Shown here one piece after another: positions 39,972 to 48,932 of a stretch of 64,000 nt of DNA. How positions within the stretch are numbered: position 1 is the first letter of the stretch; the number at the start of each line of letters is the position of its first letter. Source of the stretch: an uncultured archaeon (GTDB lineage: Archaea > Iainarchaeota > Iainarchaeia > Iainarchaeales > JAAZKV01); NCBI GenBank assembly GCA_964461205.1, contig CAYWUL010000002.1, positions 17,779 through 81,778 of the forward strand, given 5' to 3'. Below the pieces are notes generated by a model that saw only the letters and a program-made list of their open reading frames with translations, was not told the DNA's origin and did not search any database. Made by a program: the position numbers and the translations under genes.

Positions 39972-40093
39972 TATTTACACTCGACTCTAAGAGGCACCGT
40001 AAATTAGCTTTATAAACCTTCTTTTCAAGAAAGTAAGTATAGTTTTAATGTTCTTTTCCTTACCAAGAGGGAGGAAAGGTTAAAGTGATTTAA

Positions 40094-40489
40094 ATGGTGA
40101 GCAAAGAGTCAAAAGTTAATGTGAAGGACGTTGAAGAGACGGTTGTTTCATTAGCAAATGCAGGTCATTCTCCTAGTAAGATAGGACTTATTTTAAGAGA
40201 TGAACATGGTATAAAAAATTTTAAGGAATTAACTGGAAAAACAATCCAAGATACTCTTGCAAAAAACGATTTGTTGGGTGAAATGCCTGAAGACTTATTA
40301 AATTTAATTAGAAAGAGTGTTATGTTAAATAATCACTTAAATAAGAACAGAAAGGATTTTTCTGCAAAACATGGGTATGAATTAACTGTCTCTAAGATAA
40401 GAAAACTTGGAAGATATTATTCTAAAAAAGGAAGAATTGACGCAAACTGGAGATATAGTCCAGAGTCAGCAGCATTACTGGTGAAATAA
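40094..40489 (+). CDS. rps15: Ribosomal protein uS15 (archaeal S15P / eukaryotic S13e)
   Basis: 'GHSPSKIGLILRDEHGI', 'EDLLNLIRKSVMLNNHLNKNRKD', 'ANWRYSPESAALLV' match the S13e pattern. Confidence 0.8.
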   Translation: MVSKESKVNVKDVEETVVSLANAGHSPSKIGLILRDEHGIKNFKELTGKTIQDTLAKNDLLGEMPEDLLNLIRKSVMLNNHLNKNRKDFSAKHGYELTVSKIRKLGRYYSKKGRIDANWRYSPESAALLVK

Positions 40490-40589
40490 TGGAGATAGAA
40501 TCAAAGTTGATTGATAATAAAAAAATTGTTTTTGAAGGAAGAGGTTTAGAAGGATTAAAGAGTATTGATGATTTATTGAAGTGATTTTT

Positions 40590-41171
40590 ATGGTTGAAAA
40601 AAAAGGAACAAGAAGAACAGTTGACAAGTGGAAAAAGAAAAAATGGTTCACCATTACTGCTTCAAAAATGTTTGATGGAAAGTCATTAGGAGAGACTCCT
40701 GCTGAAAAACCAATTAATTTGGTTGGAAGAACAATAAAAGTCACAATGGATGTTTTAACAGGACAAAGAACTAGGCGAGATATAAAAATTTCTTTCAAAA
40801 CAAATGATGTTCAAGGACAAAAAATTACAACTACTATTTCACAATTTGAAACAAACAAGGCATCTTATGGGAGAGCTTTAAGAAGAAGAAATAGCAAGGT
40901 TGCATTGATAGAAAAAATTCCAGTTAAAGGCGGAGATGCAAGAGTTACTACTGTTATTATTACTGTTAATAAAGCAACTCAAAAGCAAAAAACCGGACTA
41001 AGAGCTTTAATGAAGAAAGAAATGGCACAATTTAAGGACAAAGACTTTGAAGATGTTGTAAGTGACTTATTGATTGGAAAGTTTTCAAGTGATTTACACA
41101 GAAAAGCTGGGAAAATTTGTTTGGTAAAAAAAGCAGTAGTTGCTAAAGCAACTTTTACCGAGGCAAAGTAA
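40590..41171 (+). CDS. rps3ae: Ribosomal protein eS1 (S3Ae)
   Basis: 'VDKWKKKKWFTITASKMF' N-terminus typical of S3Ae. Confidence 0.85.
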   Translation: MVEKKGTRRTVDKWKKKKWFTITASKMFDGKSLGETPAEKPINLVGRTIKVTMDVLTGQRTRRDIKISFKTNDVQGQKITTTISQFETNKASYGRALRRRNSKVALIEKIPVKGGDARVTTVIITVNKATQKQKTGLRALMKKEMAQFKDKDFEDVVSDLLIGKFSSDLHRKAGKICLVKKAVVAKATFTEAK

Positions 41172-41174
41172 CCC

Positions 41175-41867
41175 ATGTATATTTTTGAGTTAGTTATTGT
41201 ATTGCTTTTTCTGCTAATATTTTCTGTTCTTTCTTATAAAAAAAAGTTATTAAACCTTGAAGGAGTTTTAATCGCGAATGCTGTTGGTTTGGCAGCAATC
41301 ACTTATGGCCCAACTCCTTTAATCGATTTTTTGGCAGTAGTATTATTCTTTGTTGTTGGAGAAATTGCAAGCAATTATCCAAAAAAGAAACATAGTGAAA
41401 GAGGAATATGGAATGTTGTCGGAAACTCCTTGTCCGCATTAGCAATTCTATCACTGGTTGTTATTTATCCTGAACATGCATTGGTTTTTGAAATTGGTTT
41501 CTTTGGAGCAATTGCTGCTGCGCTAGCCGATACATTATCTTCAGAAGTAGGATATTATTCAAAGAGCAAACCAATAATGATAACTACTCTTGAAAAAGTT
41601 CCACGAGGCACAGATGGAGGAATAACTTTGCTTGGAGAAATAGCTGGTTTAATTGGAGGAATACTTATCGCAATAGTATATTTTTTGATAAACCCAAGTT
41701 TGATTATTTTTTTCGCAATAATTATTGCGGGTTTCATAGGAACAAATATTGATTCATTATTTGGGGCAGTTTTTGAAACAAAAAAAGTTTTAAACAACAC
41801 TCACGTTAATTTAGTATGTGGTTTAGCCGGAGCATTATTCGCTTTCTTGGTTGGCCTATTAATATGA
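41175..41867 (+). CDS. DUF92-family integral membrane protein
   Basis: Polytopic membrane protein, 230 aa, resembling DUF92/TMEM19-like archaeal proteins. Confidence 0.5.
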   Translation: MYIFELVIVLLFLLIFSVLSYKKKLLNLEGVLIANAVGLAAITYGPTPLIDFLAVVLFFVVGEIASNYPKKKHSERGIWNVVGNSLSALAILSLVVIYPEHALVFEIGFFGAIAAALADTLSSEVGYYSKSKPIMITTLEKVPRGTDGGITLLGEIAGLIGGILIAIVYFLINPSLIIFFAIIIAGFIGTNIDSLFGAVFETKKVLNNTHVNLVCGLAGALFAFLVGLLI

Positions 41868-41876
41868 GTGAGTAAA

Positions 41877-42389
41877 ATGGAAATTCTTGAAATAATAATT
41901 CTAATTATTGCGTATGTAATCCCACTATACTTAGCAAATGCAACTCCAATAATTATTCATGGAAAAAAGCCACTTGATTTTGGAAAAAACTGGAAGGGAA
42001 AAAGAATTCTTGGAGATGGAAAATCAATTGTTGGTAGTGTTGCCGGGGTAATTGTTGGTTTTTTGGCAGCAATAATATTTTCTTTTTCTTATCCGCCATT
42101 ACTCGTAACAATTCCAAATTATTTATTCTTAGCTTTCTTGCTTGCGTTTGGTGCAATCCTTGGGGACATTGTTGAAAGCTTTTTTAAGAGAAGAATGGGC
42201 CTGAAAAGAGGAGCACAACTAATTCTCTGTGATCAATTAGATTTTGTTATTGGCGGTTTAATATTAAGTTTGATAATAAGGATTCCCGAACTCGAGGTTA
42301 TCGTTGTTTTGTTAATTGCAACAATTTTTATTCACATAATCACTAATTTTATTGCTTTCAAATTAAAGCTAAAAAAAGTTCCGTGGTAA
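41877..42389 (+). CDS. carS: CDP-archaeol synthase
   Basis: 'PLDFGKNWKGKRILGDGKSIVGS' motif characteristic of CarS. 5 TM. ~170 aa. Confidence 0.7.
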   Translation: MEILEIIILIIAYVIPLYLANATPIIIHGKKPLDFGKNWKGKRILGDGKSIVGSVAGVIVGFLAAIIFSFSYPPLLVTIPNYLFLAFLLAFGAILGDIVESFFKRRMGLKRGAQLILCDQLDFVIGGLILSLIIRIPELEVIVVLLIATIFIHIITNFIAFKLKLKKVPW

Positions 42390-42390
42390 A

Positions 42391-42924
42391 ATGAAGAATA
42401 AGTTAGTTAAAAATAAAAAAAATAAATTAAATATAAAAATAGGCAATAATATGAAGTTGCTTTTATTTTTAATAAAGTTTATAATAATCTTTTCAATTCT
42501 TGGATTCATATTGTCAATAATTGATTTATCTTTTTTGAATAATTTTATTGCCTTTGTTAGTAGTAGTTTTTTAGGACTCAATTTTTTTGAAAACACGGTT
42601 TTTGTTGGCACACAAACATTTGTTGTAACTAATTATTGTACTGGTTTTATGAGTGCAATCATATTGGCATCAATAATATTTGCTTTGCGAAGGCCAAATC
42701 TGTTCAAAAAGTTCAAAATATTCTTATTTGGTGCCCTATTATTGCTTGTTATAAATGTTCCAAGGGTAATGTTGGTATTACTTTTTGCAAGAGCTTGGAT
42801 AGGGATCGATATTGAATTAATACACTCAATAACTTGGTTTGTAATGAGTGCAATAATATTAGTTATTTGGTATTATGTTTCTCGAATAGTTTCTAAAGAA
42901 AAAGATATTTCTAATTTGTTATAA
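42391..42924 (+). CDS. Polytopic membrane protein, possibly exosortase/archaeosortase-family
   Basis: Several TM helices with conserved-looking Cys ('TNYCTGF') and Arg ('ALRRPN'). The assignment is weak. Confidence 0.3.
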   Translation: MKNKLVKNKKNKLNIKIGNNMKLLLFLIKFIIIFSILGFILSIIDLSFLNNFIAFVSSSFLGLNFFENTVFVGTQTFVVTNYCTGFMSAIILASIIFALRRPNLFKKFKIFLFGALLLLVINVPRVMLVLLFARAWIGIDIELIHSITWFVMSAIILVIWYYVSRIVSKEKDISNLL

Positions 42925-43002
42925 ATAAATTAATGTGAACAGAAAGCATTGTGTTTGACAGTAACATACTTAGTTTGAATGAGATTTGTTTTTGAAGAAT
43001 TC

Positions 43003-44661
43003 TTATTTTTCTTTATCTTCTTTTTTTTCGATTCCTTCAGCGATCTTTTCTAGTATCTTTGTGAATGCAGGTCTAGTAATAAATACTCCAATTAAAGCTC
43101 CTACTATTGCTACTATTGCAAAACCATATAACTTATCAATTCCAGGATAAGATCTTGCAAACATTGTTATTGGTAACATTACTGCGATCATTGTGAAGGC
43201 AGAAGTCATAATAATAAATAAAGCTGCTTTTGCTCTACTCAATAAAGATTCTTTTATTTTTTTTGATTTTGCCATTATCTCATCAGTAATAACTATTTCT
43301 GAGTCCACTCCTGTTCCAATTGCAGCAATCAATCCTGCGAAAGCAGCTAGGTCCAATGGTCTTTGTGTTAATACAATAAAACCTAGGTTCAATAATACTT
43401 CGCTTCCGCCAATAATGAATATTGGAATTGCTAATTTGAAATTTCGGTATCTAATAGTTATTACTATTCCAACAACAATGAAAGCAATAATTGCCATCAT
43501 TATTACAATTGATTTGAATGATTCTCCAAGTGAGGGTGAAATAGTTTCTTTTGAAATACTCTTTACTGGTGTTGGTAAAGAACCAGATTCTAATAAAATT
43601 GCTAATTCATCTAGCTCACTAAATGCGATGTCAGCACTTTCTCTTCTTCCGCTAATCCTTAAATTAGAGAATTGTTTTGCTTGGCTAATATCTGCAACAT
43701 CTTCGTTTGTTATTCCTTCAGTTAAACTAATTATTTGTTGTGCGTTTAGTACATCCCATGTCCAAGGTGCATCATTTTTTGGGTATTTTGTTACTTCAAA
43801 TCCTTTTTCTTGCAAAGCGAGTATGACATCGTTTCCTATTCCTGGAGAAACAATAGCTTGTTGTGTTTTAAGTAAGGCTCCTGCTAAAATTGTTGGATCT
43901 AAATTACCATCATAAACAATAAAATTTAATTGAGAGTCTTGAATTATTTCTTCAATATCTGATTGTTGAGGAATATTCAATAAGGTGTCTCCAACAAATA
44001 TTGCTTCACTATCTTCATAATATTGGTCTTCATCAATAACAATCAAGGCATTTGGTTTGTCTAAGAAAAATATTGTTTTTTCACAATCATAAATTGGTTT
44101 TCCTTCCGGAGTAAAGCTTGTTGCTGAACATTGGTGGAAAGTTTTTTCTGTGAAACTAATTGTTGCTTGTTCATTTAAAACAAACGGAAGACTCCACTCA
44201 TAAGCACCTGGGCCAGCTTGGTAAACTCCAAAACTATTGTCTCCTCTAAGGACTTTTTTGATTTCGTCCCCTGTGAAAACGGTTTCTCCGTTTAAGTTTG
44301 CTTCAAATTTTCCTTGTTGTCTTATTCTTGACTCAATTTTTTCTAATTCAACAGCATCTGTTTCTGATACTTGTATAATTATGAATTGTTTTCCTACAGG
44401 GGTAACAGTGAAGTCTCTTAATCCTGATGGATCAATTCTTTGAGAAATAATACTTGCGATTCTTGTTAGTTCATCGACTTCAACTTCTTTTTGCAATTCT
44501 ATTTGAAGTAATGTTCCTCCTTCGAAATCAAGTCCAAGTTTTACATTAGTATTTCCTAGATAACCATTTTCATCATGTCCTGTATTAACAAATATTATTC
44601 CGAATGCTAACAATAAAGCGATTACTAAGAGTAAAATTCTCCAGTTTGTTAATAATTTCAT
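43003..44661 (-). CDS. secD: Protein-export membrane protein SecD
   Basis: N-terminal TM, large periplasmic-type domain 'DFEGGT', C-terminal 5-TM block. Downstream of secF, the archaeal gene order. Confidence 0.75.
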   Translation of the reverse strand: MKLLTNWRILLLVIALLLAFGIIFVNTGHDENGYLGNTNVKLGLDFEGGTLLQIELQKEVEVDELTRIASIISQRIDPSGLRDFTVTPVGKQFIIIQVSETDAVELEKIESRIRQQGKFEANLNGETVFTGDEIKKVLRGDNSFGVYQAGPGAYEWSLPFVLNEQATISFTEKTFHQCSATSFTPEGKPIYDCEKTIFFLDKPNALIVIDEDQYYEDSEAIFVGDTLLNIPQQSDIEEIIQDSQLNFIVYDGNLDPTILAGALLKTQQAIVSPGIGNDVILALQEKGFEVTKYPKNDAPWTWDVLNAQQIISLTEGITNEDVADISQAKQFSNLRISGRRESADIAFSELDELAILLESGSLPTPVKSISKETISPSLGESFKSIVIMMAIIAFIVVGIVITIRYRNFKLAIPIFIIGGSEVLLNLGFIVLTQRPLDLAAFAGLIAAIGTGVDSEIVITDEIMAKSKKIKESLLSRAKAALFIIMTSAFTMIAVMLPITMFARSYPGIDKLYGFAIVAIVGALIGVFITRPAFTKILEKIAEGIEKKEDKEK

Positions 44662-45695
44662 TTTCTTCCCTCTTTAAACCAAAGTAATATTGGTGCATTC
44701 ATGAACCAAGTTGCTATAACATCCCCAACCAAACCAAATAATAATATTGCTGAAATATGATAAATAATTTCGATTTGGTAGAAATAAGAAATAATTAGCA
44801 TTGCTGTTAATGCAGCAATGGTTGTTCCTGTCATTGTTAAACCAGTCTTCATTGAAGTAGTTGCTCTTTCTCCTGCCGTTCCAGATTTTTCTTTTAAAAC
44901 TCTTGATGTTAACATTATGTCTGTGTCAACAGAATAACCAACCAATAATAATAATGCGGGCATTGTTGTTAATGAAAGAGGAATATTCAACAAGGCCATT
45001 CCTGCTAAACCAGCGATAATGTCAAATATCATTGCTTGTATTATTGCTGCGCTTGGAACAAGTTGTCTAAAAGCAACAAATACAACTATTGCTATTAAAA
45101 TAAAACCAATTATTGATATTTGTATTATTCCTTGGAAAGACGCTCCTCCAATTGTTGGAGAAATTTCTTTTCTTTGGAATTCAACATTTTGTCCAAGGGC
45201 AAGTTTTTCACTAAGAGCATTTTGTAATTTTAAATAAAATTCTTCTTTATATAATAGTAATGCATCTTGTGCATCTAACAAAGCTAGTTTTGCATTAGAA
45301 AATTCTTTTGCTTCTCCACCAAGCAAGACAATTAACTCGTTTGAAAAAGCAATTGATTCTGTATCATTATCTAGACTAGCACTTGCTTTGTCTAATAATT
45401 CTTCTGCTTGTGATGTTAATGGGTCCTTACTATATTCAATCCATGCTCCGTATCCTGTTGGAGAAGCAATTGTTGAAACTTTTAAATCCACTAAGTCAAA
45501 GCTTTCTGTCAAAACACTTGTGATTTGCTCTTTGTCTAATTCTATTGCTGATCTAATAATAATAACATTTCCGCCTGTAAGATCAATTCCTGGTGTAATG
45601 CCCGGGAAAACCAGAATTAGGAATAACATTGGTATAAGCAGGATTATTGGGATTATCATGTATTTCTTGTATCTTTGCCCGAAAAAATCATCCAT
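44658..45695 (-). CDS. secF: Protein-export membrane protein SecF
   Basis: 'GIDLTGGN' motif. 6-TM C-terminal block 'LTMTGTTIAALTAML'. 4-nt overlap with secD. Confidence 0.75.
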   Translation of the reverse strand: MDDFFGQRYKKYMIIPIILLIPMLFLILVFPGITPGIDLTGGNVIIIRSAIELDKEQITSVLTESFDLVDLKVSTIASPTGYGAWIEYSKDPLTSQAEELLDKASASLDNDTESIAFSNELIVLLGGEAKEFSNAKLALLDAQDALLLYKEEFYLKLQNALSEKLALGQNVEFQRKEISPTIGGASFQGIIQISIIGFILIAIVVFVAFRQLVPSAAIIQAMIFDIIAGLAGMALLNIPLSLTTMPALLLLVGYSVDTDIMLTSRVLKEKSGTAGERATTSMKTGLTMTGTTIAALTAMLIISYFYQIEIIYHISAILLFGLVGDVIATWFMNAPILLWFKEGRK

Positions 45696-45771
45696 TCTTA
45701 TTCACTTTCCCTTAAGAGTAATATAATTGTTATTAGTATAAATTAAAAAACTGCTTAACCTTAAATATGTT

Positions 45772-46041
45772 ATGGGAACGAGAAAAAGAGAAAATAGGCC
45801 GCCTCAAAAAGCCAGACTGGTACAACCAAGCCCCGCTAAAATAAAACAAGCAGCATTACATGTTCTTAAAGGGGTTGCGGAATATAATGCTATTGGTAGA
45901 AGATATTCGATTGAGAGATTGTTGAAAGAACAACCAGCAATAATGGCTGAGATTAAGGAAGAACGTCCAATATTATTTGCTACTGCAATAAGGAAATACG
46001 AAAAATATCTTAGAGAAATAGAAGAGGCTCAAAAACAATAG
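45772..46041 (+). CDS. Small basic hypothetical protein (89 aa)
   Basis: ORF with an Arg-rich, GC-elevated N-terminus. Confidence 0.35.
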   Translation: MGTRKRENRPPQKARLVQPSPAKIKQAALHVLKGVAEYNAIGRRYSIERLLKEQPAIMAEIKEERPILFATAIRKYEKYLREIEEAQKQ

Positions 46042-46098
46042 TTTTTTTAGAATAAAAAAAGATTATTAAATTATTTGAATTAATTGGAATGAGTTTTT

Positions 46099-47070
46099 AT
46101 GAATCTAAAATTAATTGAAAGACCAGACAAGTTACTTGATATTGCTTTTTCAAGAGCAAGAAAAAAAGCTTCACATTATAAAAAACAAAAAACTATTTTT
46201 TATACTATTAAAGGAAAAGAAATTGCGAAAGTTGATGAATCGGCAACTTATTTAGAAGAAAGATTAAAACAAGTAGTAATAGCTTTTCCAAGCGTTAATA
46301 CTCTTGATCCGTTTTACAAAGATTTATTTGAATTTGTTATTGATTTGAATGAGACAAAAAAAGCATTGGGCCAAATGACTGCTGTTGCGAAAATAATAAA
46401 AAATCTGAGAAGAAAAACAATAGTTGCTCTTAAAGAGCTCCCATATATAAAAGAAGAAAGATCAATGGACAAAGCAAAAAATATTTCAAGAGGATATTTT
46501 GGGAGAGTTTCTTCATTAATAAAAGAACTGAAGAATTCAATAGAAGTTTATAATAGTGCTACAATAAAACTCAAGGAACTTCCTTCAATAAATACGAGGG
46601 ATGATGTTTATTTGTTAGCTGGTTTGCCAAATGTGGGCAAATCAACACTGCTTGGAAAAGTTACTACTTCAACTCCAAAAATTGCTTCATACCCTTTCAC
46701 AACAAAAGGGCTGAATGTTGGAAAATTTGTTAAAAAACATTTAAATGTACAAGTAATTGATACGCCGGGTTTGCTTGACCGACCACTTTCTGAAAGAAAC
46801 AGAATTGAATTAAAAGCAATTAGTGCTTTTCAACATTTAAAAGGAACAATTATTTTTGTTGTTGACCCATTACAAGGAATCGAACCACAAACAAATTTAT
46901 TAAAAGAATTAAAGAAACTCTTTACTGACAAAGGTTTTATTGTTGTAATAAACAAGACTGATTTGGTTGATGAAGAAAAGGTAAGAAATATTAAAGAAGA
47001 ATTCAAGGATTACTTTGTTTTATTAGAGGGTGAAGGGTTAAATAACTTAAAAAAAGAGATTGTGGATTAA
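46099..47070 (+). CDS. Nog1/Obg-class GTP-binding protein
   Basis: 'LAGLPNVGKSTLL' (G1), 'DTPGLLD' (G3), 'NKTD' (G4). N-terminal NOG1-type domain. Confidence 0.7.
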   Translation: MNLKLIERPDKLLDIAFSRARKKASHYKKQKTIFYTIKGKEIAKVDESATYLEERLKQVVIAFPSVNTLDPFYKDLFEFVIDLNETKKALGQMTAVAKIIKNLRRKTIVALKELPYIKEERSMDKAKNISRGYFGRVSSLIKELKNSIEVYNSATIKLKELPSINTRDDVYLLAGLPNVGKSTLLGKVTTSTPKIASYPFTTKGLNVGKFVKKHLNVQVIDTPGLLDRPLSERNRIELKAISAFQHLKGTIIFVVDPLQGIEPQTNLLKELKKLFTDKGFIVVINKTDLVDEEKVRNIKEEFKDYFVLLEGEGLNNLKKEIVD

Positions 47071-47148
47071 GTTGATTTAAAAACGTTTTCGTACTAAACT
47101 CTTCTTGGTTACAGATCTTAATTTATTTGTCTGAAACCAGGTGTTATT

Positions 47149-47388
47149 ATGGATGAAACCATAGAAATAATGGAAGAAATTATTGAGGACAGAAGTGTTC
47201 CAAGGAATATTCGTGCAAAAATAGAAGAAGCTATTTCTAAAGTAAGACAAAACAATGCTACTACTTTGAGTGAAGCAATTTATTTGCTTGATGATATTAG
47301 CAAGGATATTAACATGCCTGATCATACACGAACAGACATTTGGCACATAATTTCACTGGTTGAAGGCAAGAAAGAAAAGATGAAGTAA
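47149..47388 (+). CDS. UPF0147-like small archaeal protein
   Basis: 79 aa 'IEEAISKVRQNN...INMPDHTRTDIWHIISLVE' resembles the UPF0147 family. Confidence 0.4.
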   Translation: MDETIEIMEEIIEDRSVPRNIRAKIEEAISKVRQNNATTLSEAIYLLDDISKDINMPDHTRTDIWHIISLVEGKKEKMK

Positions 47389-47405
47389 CCAGTAGATGGT
47401 TTTGA

Positions 47406-48932
47406 TTGGAAGACATAATATCTTTTGCTGAAGAAAAAGGACTAATCATGTCAAAAGAATCAGTTGAACTTTTAAGAAATAATAAAGATTGGAAGAGTGT
47501 TCTTGAAGATTTTGCAAAAGAAGGGCAAGCGTTTATTGAACCAGCATTGCTTGAAAAAAAATTATCAAGAACAAAATTATCTCAAATGAAACCGCTTGAA
47601 GTTGAAGTTCGAAAAACAAATTTTAATGCACAAGCAAGAGAACGTGCACCTAATTTTAGAGTGATGAAAGAATATGATGTTACTGGGCAAAGTAATTCTG
47701 AAGGGACAGTTGATGACTTTTTGAGATTATTTAGAAGTAAATACAAATTATTATCAGAAATGTTAAAAGAAAGACACAATCTTTTTCCAATAGAAATAAA
47801 AAATCTAAAAGCAATTAGGAAAAATGAAAACGTTGACATAATTGGAATTGTAAATAAAAAATGGACTACAAAAAATAATCACCTTGCGTATGAAGTAGAA
47901 GATATGACTGGAAAATGCATTGTGTTGATAATGGAGAGGGACAGAGAACTAATGCAAAAAGGAGAAAGAATTCTAGAAGATAATGTATTAGGTATAAAGG
48001 GAGCAAAAATTGGGGATGATTTTATTATAATAAAAGAAGTGTACTGGCCCGATATGCCAATACGAAGTGCAAAATTATTAAATGAAGATATCTATGTTGG
48101 ATGCACATCTGATTTTCATATTGGAAGTAATTTGTTTATGGAAAAACCTGTTCAGAAATGGTTAGACTATTTAAATGGAAAAAATCTAAATGCAAAACAA
48201 TTAGATAAAGTTGGAAAGATGCAGTACTTGTTTGTTGTTGGAGACAATGTTTCAGGGGTGGGGGTATTTCCGGGACAATTTGATGAATTGATTATCAAGG
48301 ATATCTATAAGCAATATGAAGCATTTGAGGACATAATGTTACAGTTGCCAGAATATATACAAGTTTTTATTTGTCCAGGGCAGCACGATGCTGTGAGAAG
48401 AGCTGAACCCCAACCGGGAATCGCAAAAGAATTTTGTCCACGCTTGCACAATTTAAGAAATTTCCATTTTATTTCTTCTCCATCATGGGTAGAAATTGAA
48501 GGATTAAAAAATTTGGTTTATCATGGCCCAAGTATTCACGATTTAATTAGTAGTGTTTCTTTTTTAGAAATGGACAAACCACAAGACGGAATGGTTGAAT
48601 TATTAAAGAAAAGAGATTTGATGCCAAAATATGGTGGGAGAAATCCGTATGTTCCTGAAAAAAAGGATTATATGGTTATCAAAGAAGTTCCTGACTTAGT
48701 GTGGATAGGGGACATGCATCATAATGGTTATGCAACTTATCGTGGAACAACAGTTATTAATGGTGGATGTTGGGAAGCTCAAACTGATTTTCAAAAAAAG
48801 ATAGGACACCATCCAACTCCAGGAGTATTTCCGATGATAAATTTGAAAAACAGACAAATAACAGAAGTTTATTTTGCTAGAAAAGCTGAACAAAAAGAAA
48901 TTGATTTGGCGGGTGAAGACAATGCAAAATAA
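47406..48932 (+). CDS. DNA polymerase II (PolD) small subunit DP1
   Basis: Calcineurin-like phosphoesterase C-terminal half 'VVGDNVSGVG', 'ICPGQHD', 'IGDMHHNGY', 'GHHPTPGVF'. OB-fold middle. Start is TTG 47406 or ATG 47448. Confidence 0.85.
   Translation: MEDIISFAEEKGLIMSKESVELLRNNKDWKSVLEDFAKEGQAFIEPALLEKKLSRTKLSQMKPLEVEVRKTNFNAQARERAPNFRVMKEYDVTGQSNSEGTVDDFLRLFRSKYKLLSEMLKERHNLFPIEIKNLKAIRKNENVDIIGIVNKKWTTKNNHLAYEVEDMTGKCIVLIMERDRELMQKGERILEDNVLGIKGAKIGDDFIIIKEVYWPDMPIRSAKLLNEDIYVGCTSDFHIGSNLFMEKPVQKWLDYLNGKNLNAKQLDKVGKMQYLFVVGDNVSGVGVFPGQFDELIIKDIYKQYEAFEDIMLQLPEYIQVFICPGQHDAVRRAEPQPGIAKEFCPRLHNLRNFHFISSPSWVEIEGLKNLVYHGPSIHDLISSVSFLEMDKPQDGMVELLKKRDLMPKYGGRNPYVPEKKDYMVIKEVPDLVWIGDMHHNGYATYRGTTVINGGCWEAQTDFQKKIGHHPTPGVFPMINLKNRQITEVYFARKAEQKEIDLAGEDNAK

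Noticed and set aside
40489-40584. 31-codon ORF between the S13e/S15P and S3Ae genes
   Set aside because: It is very short with no RBS or recognisable motif. It is probably chance in the intergenic spacer.
43193-43915. 240-aa ORF antisense to secD, and similar shadow ORFs at 22827-23531 (antisense to porA), 35483-36010 (antisense to dnaK) and 12580-12984 (antisense to the thiolase)
   Set aside because: Each overlaps a confidently identified conserved gene on the other strand. The translations are low-complexity with no motifs. They are typical shadow ORFs.
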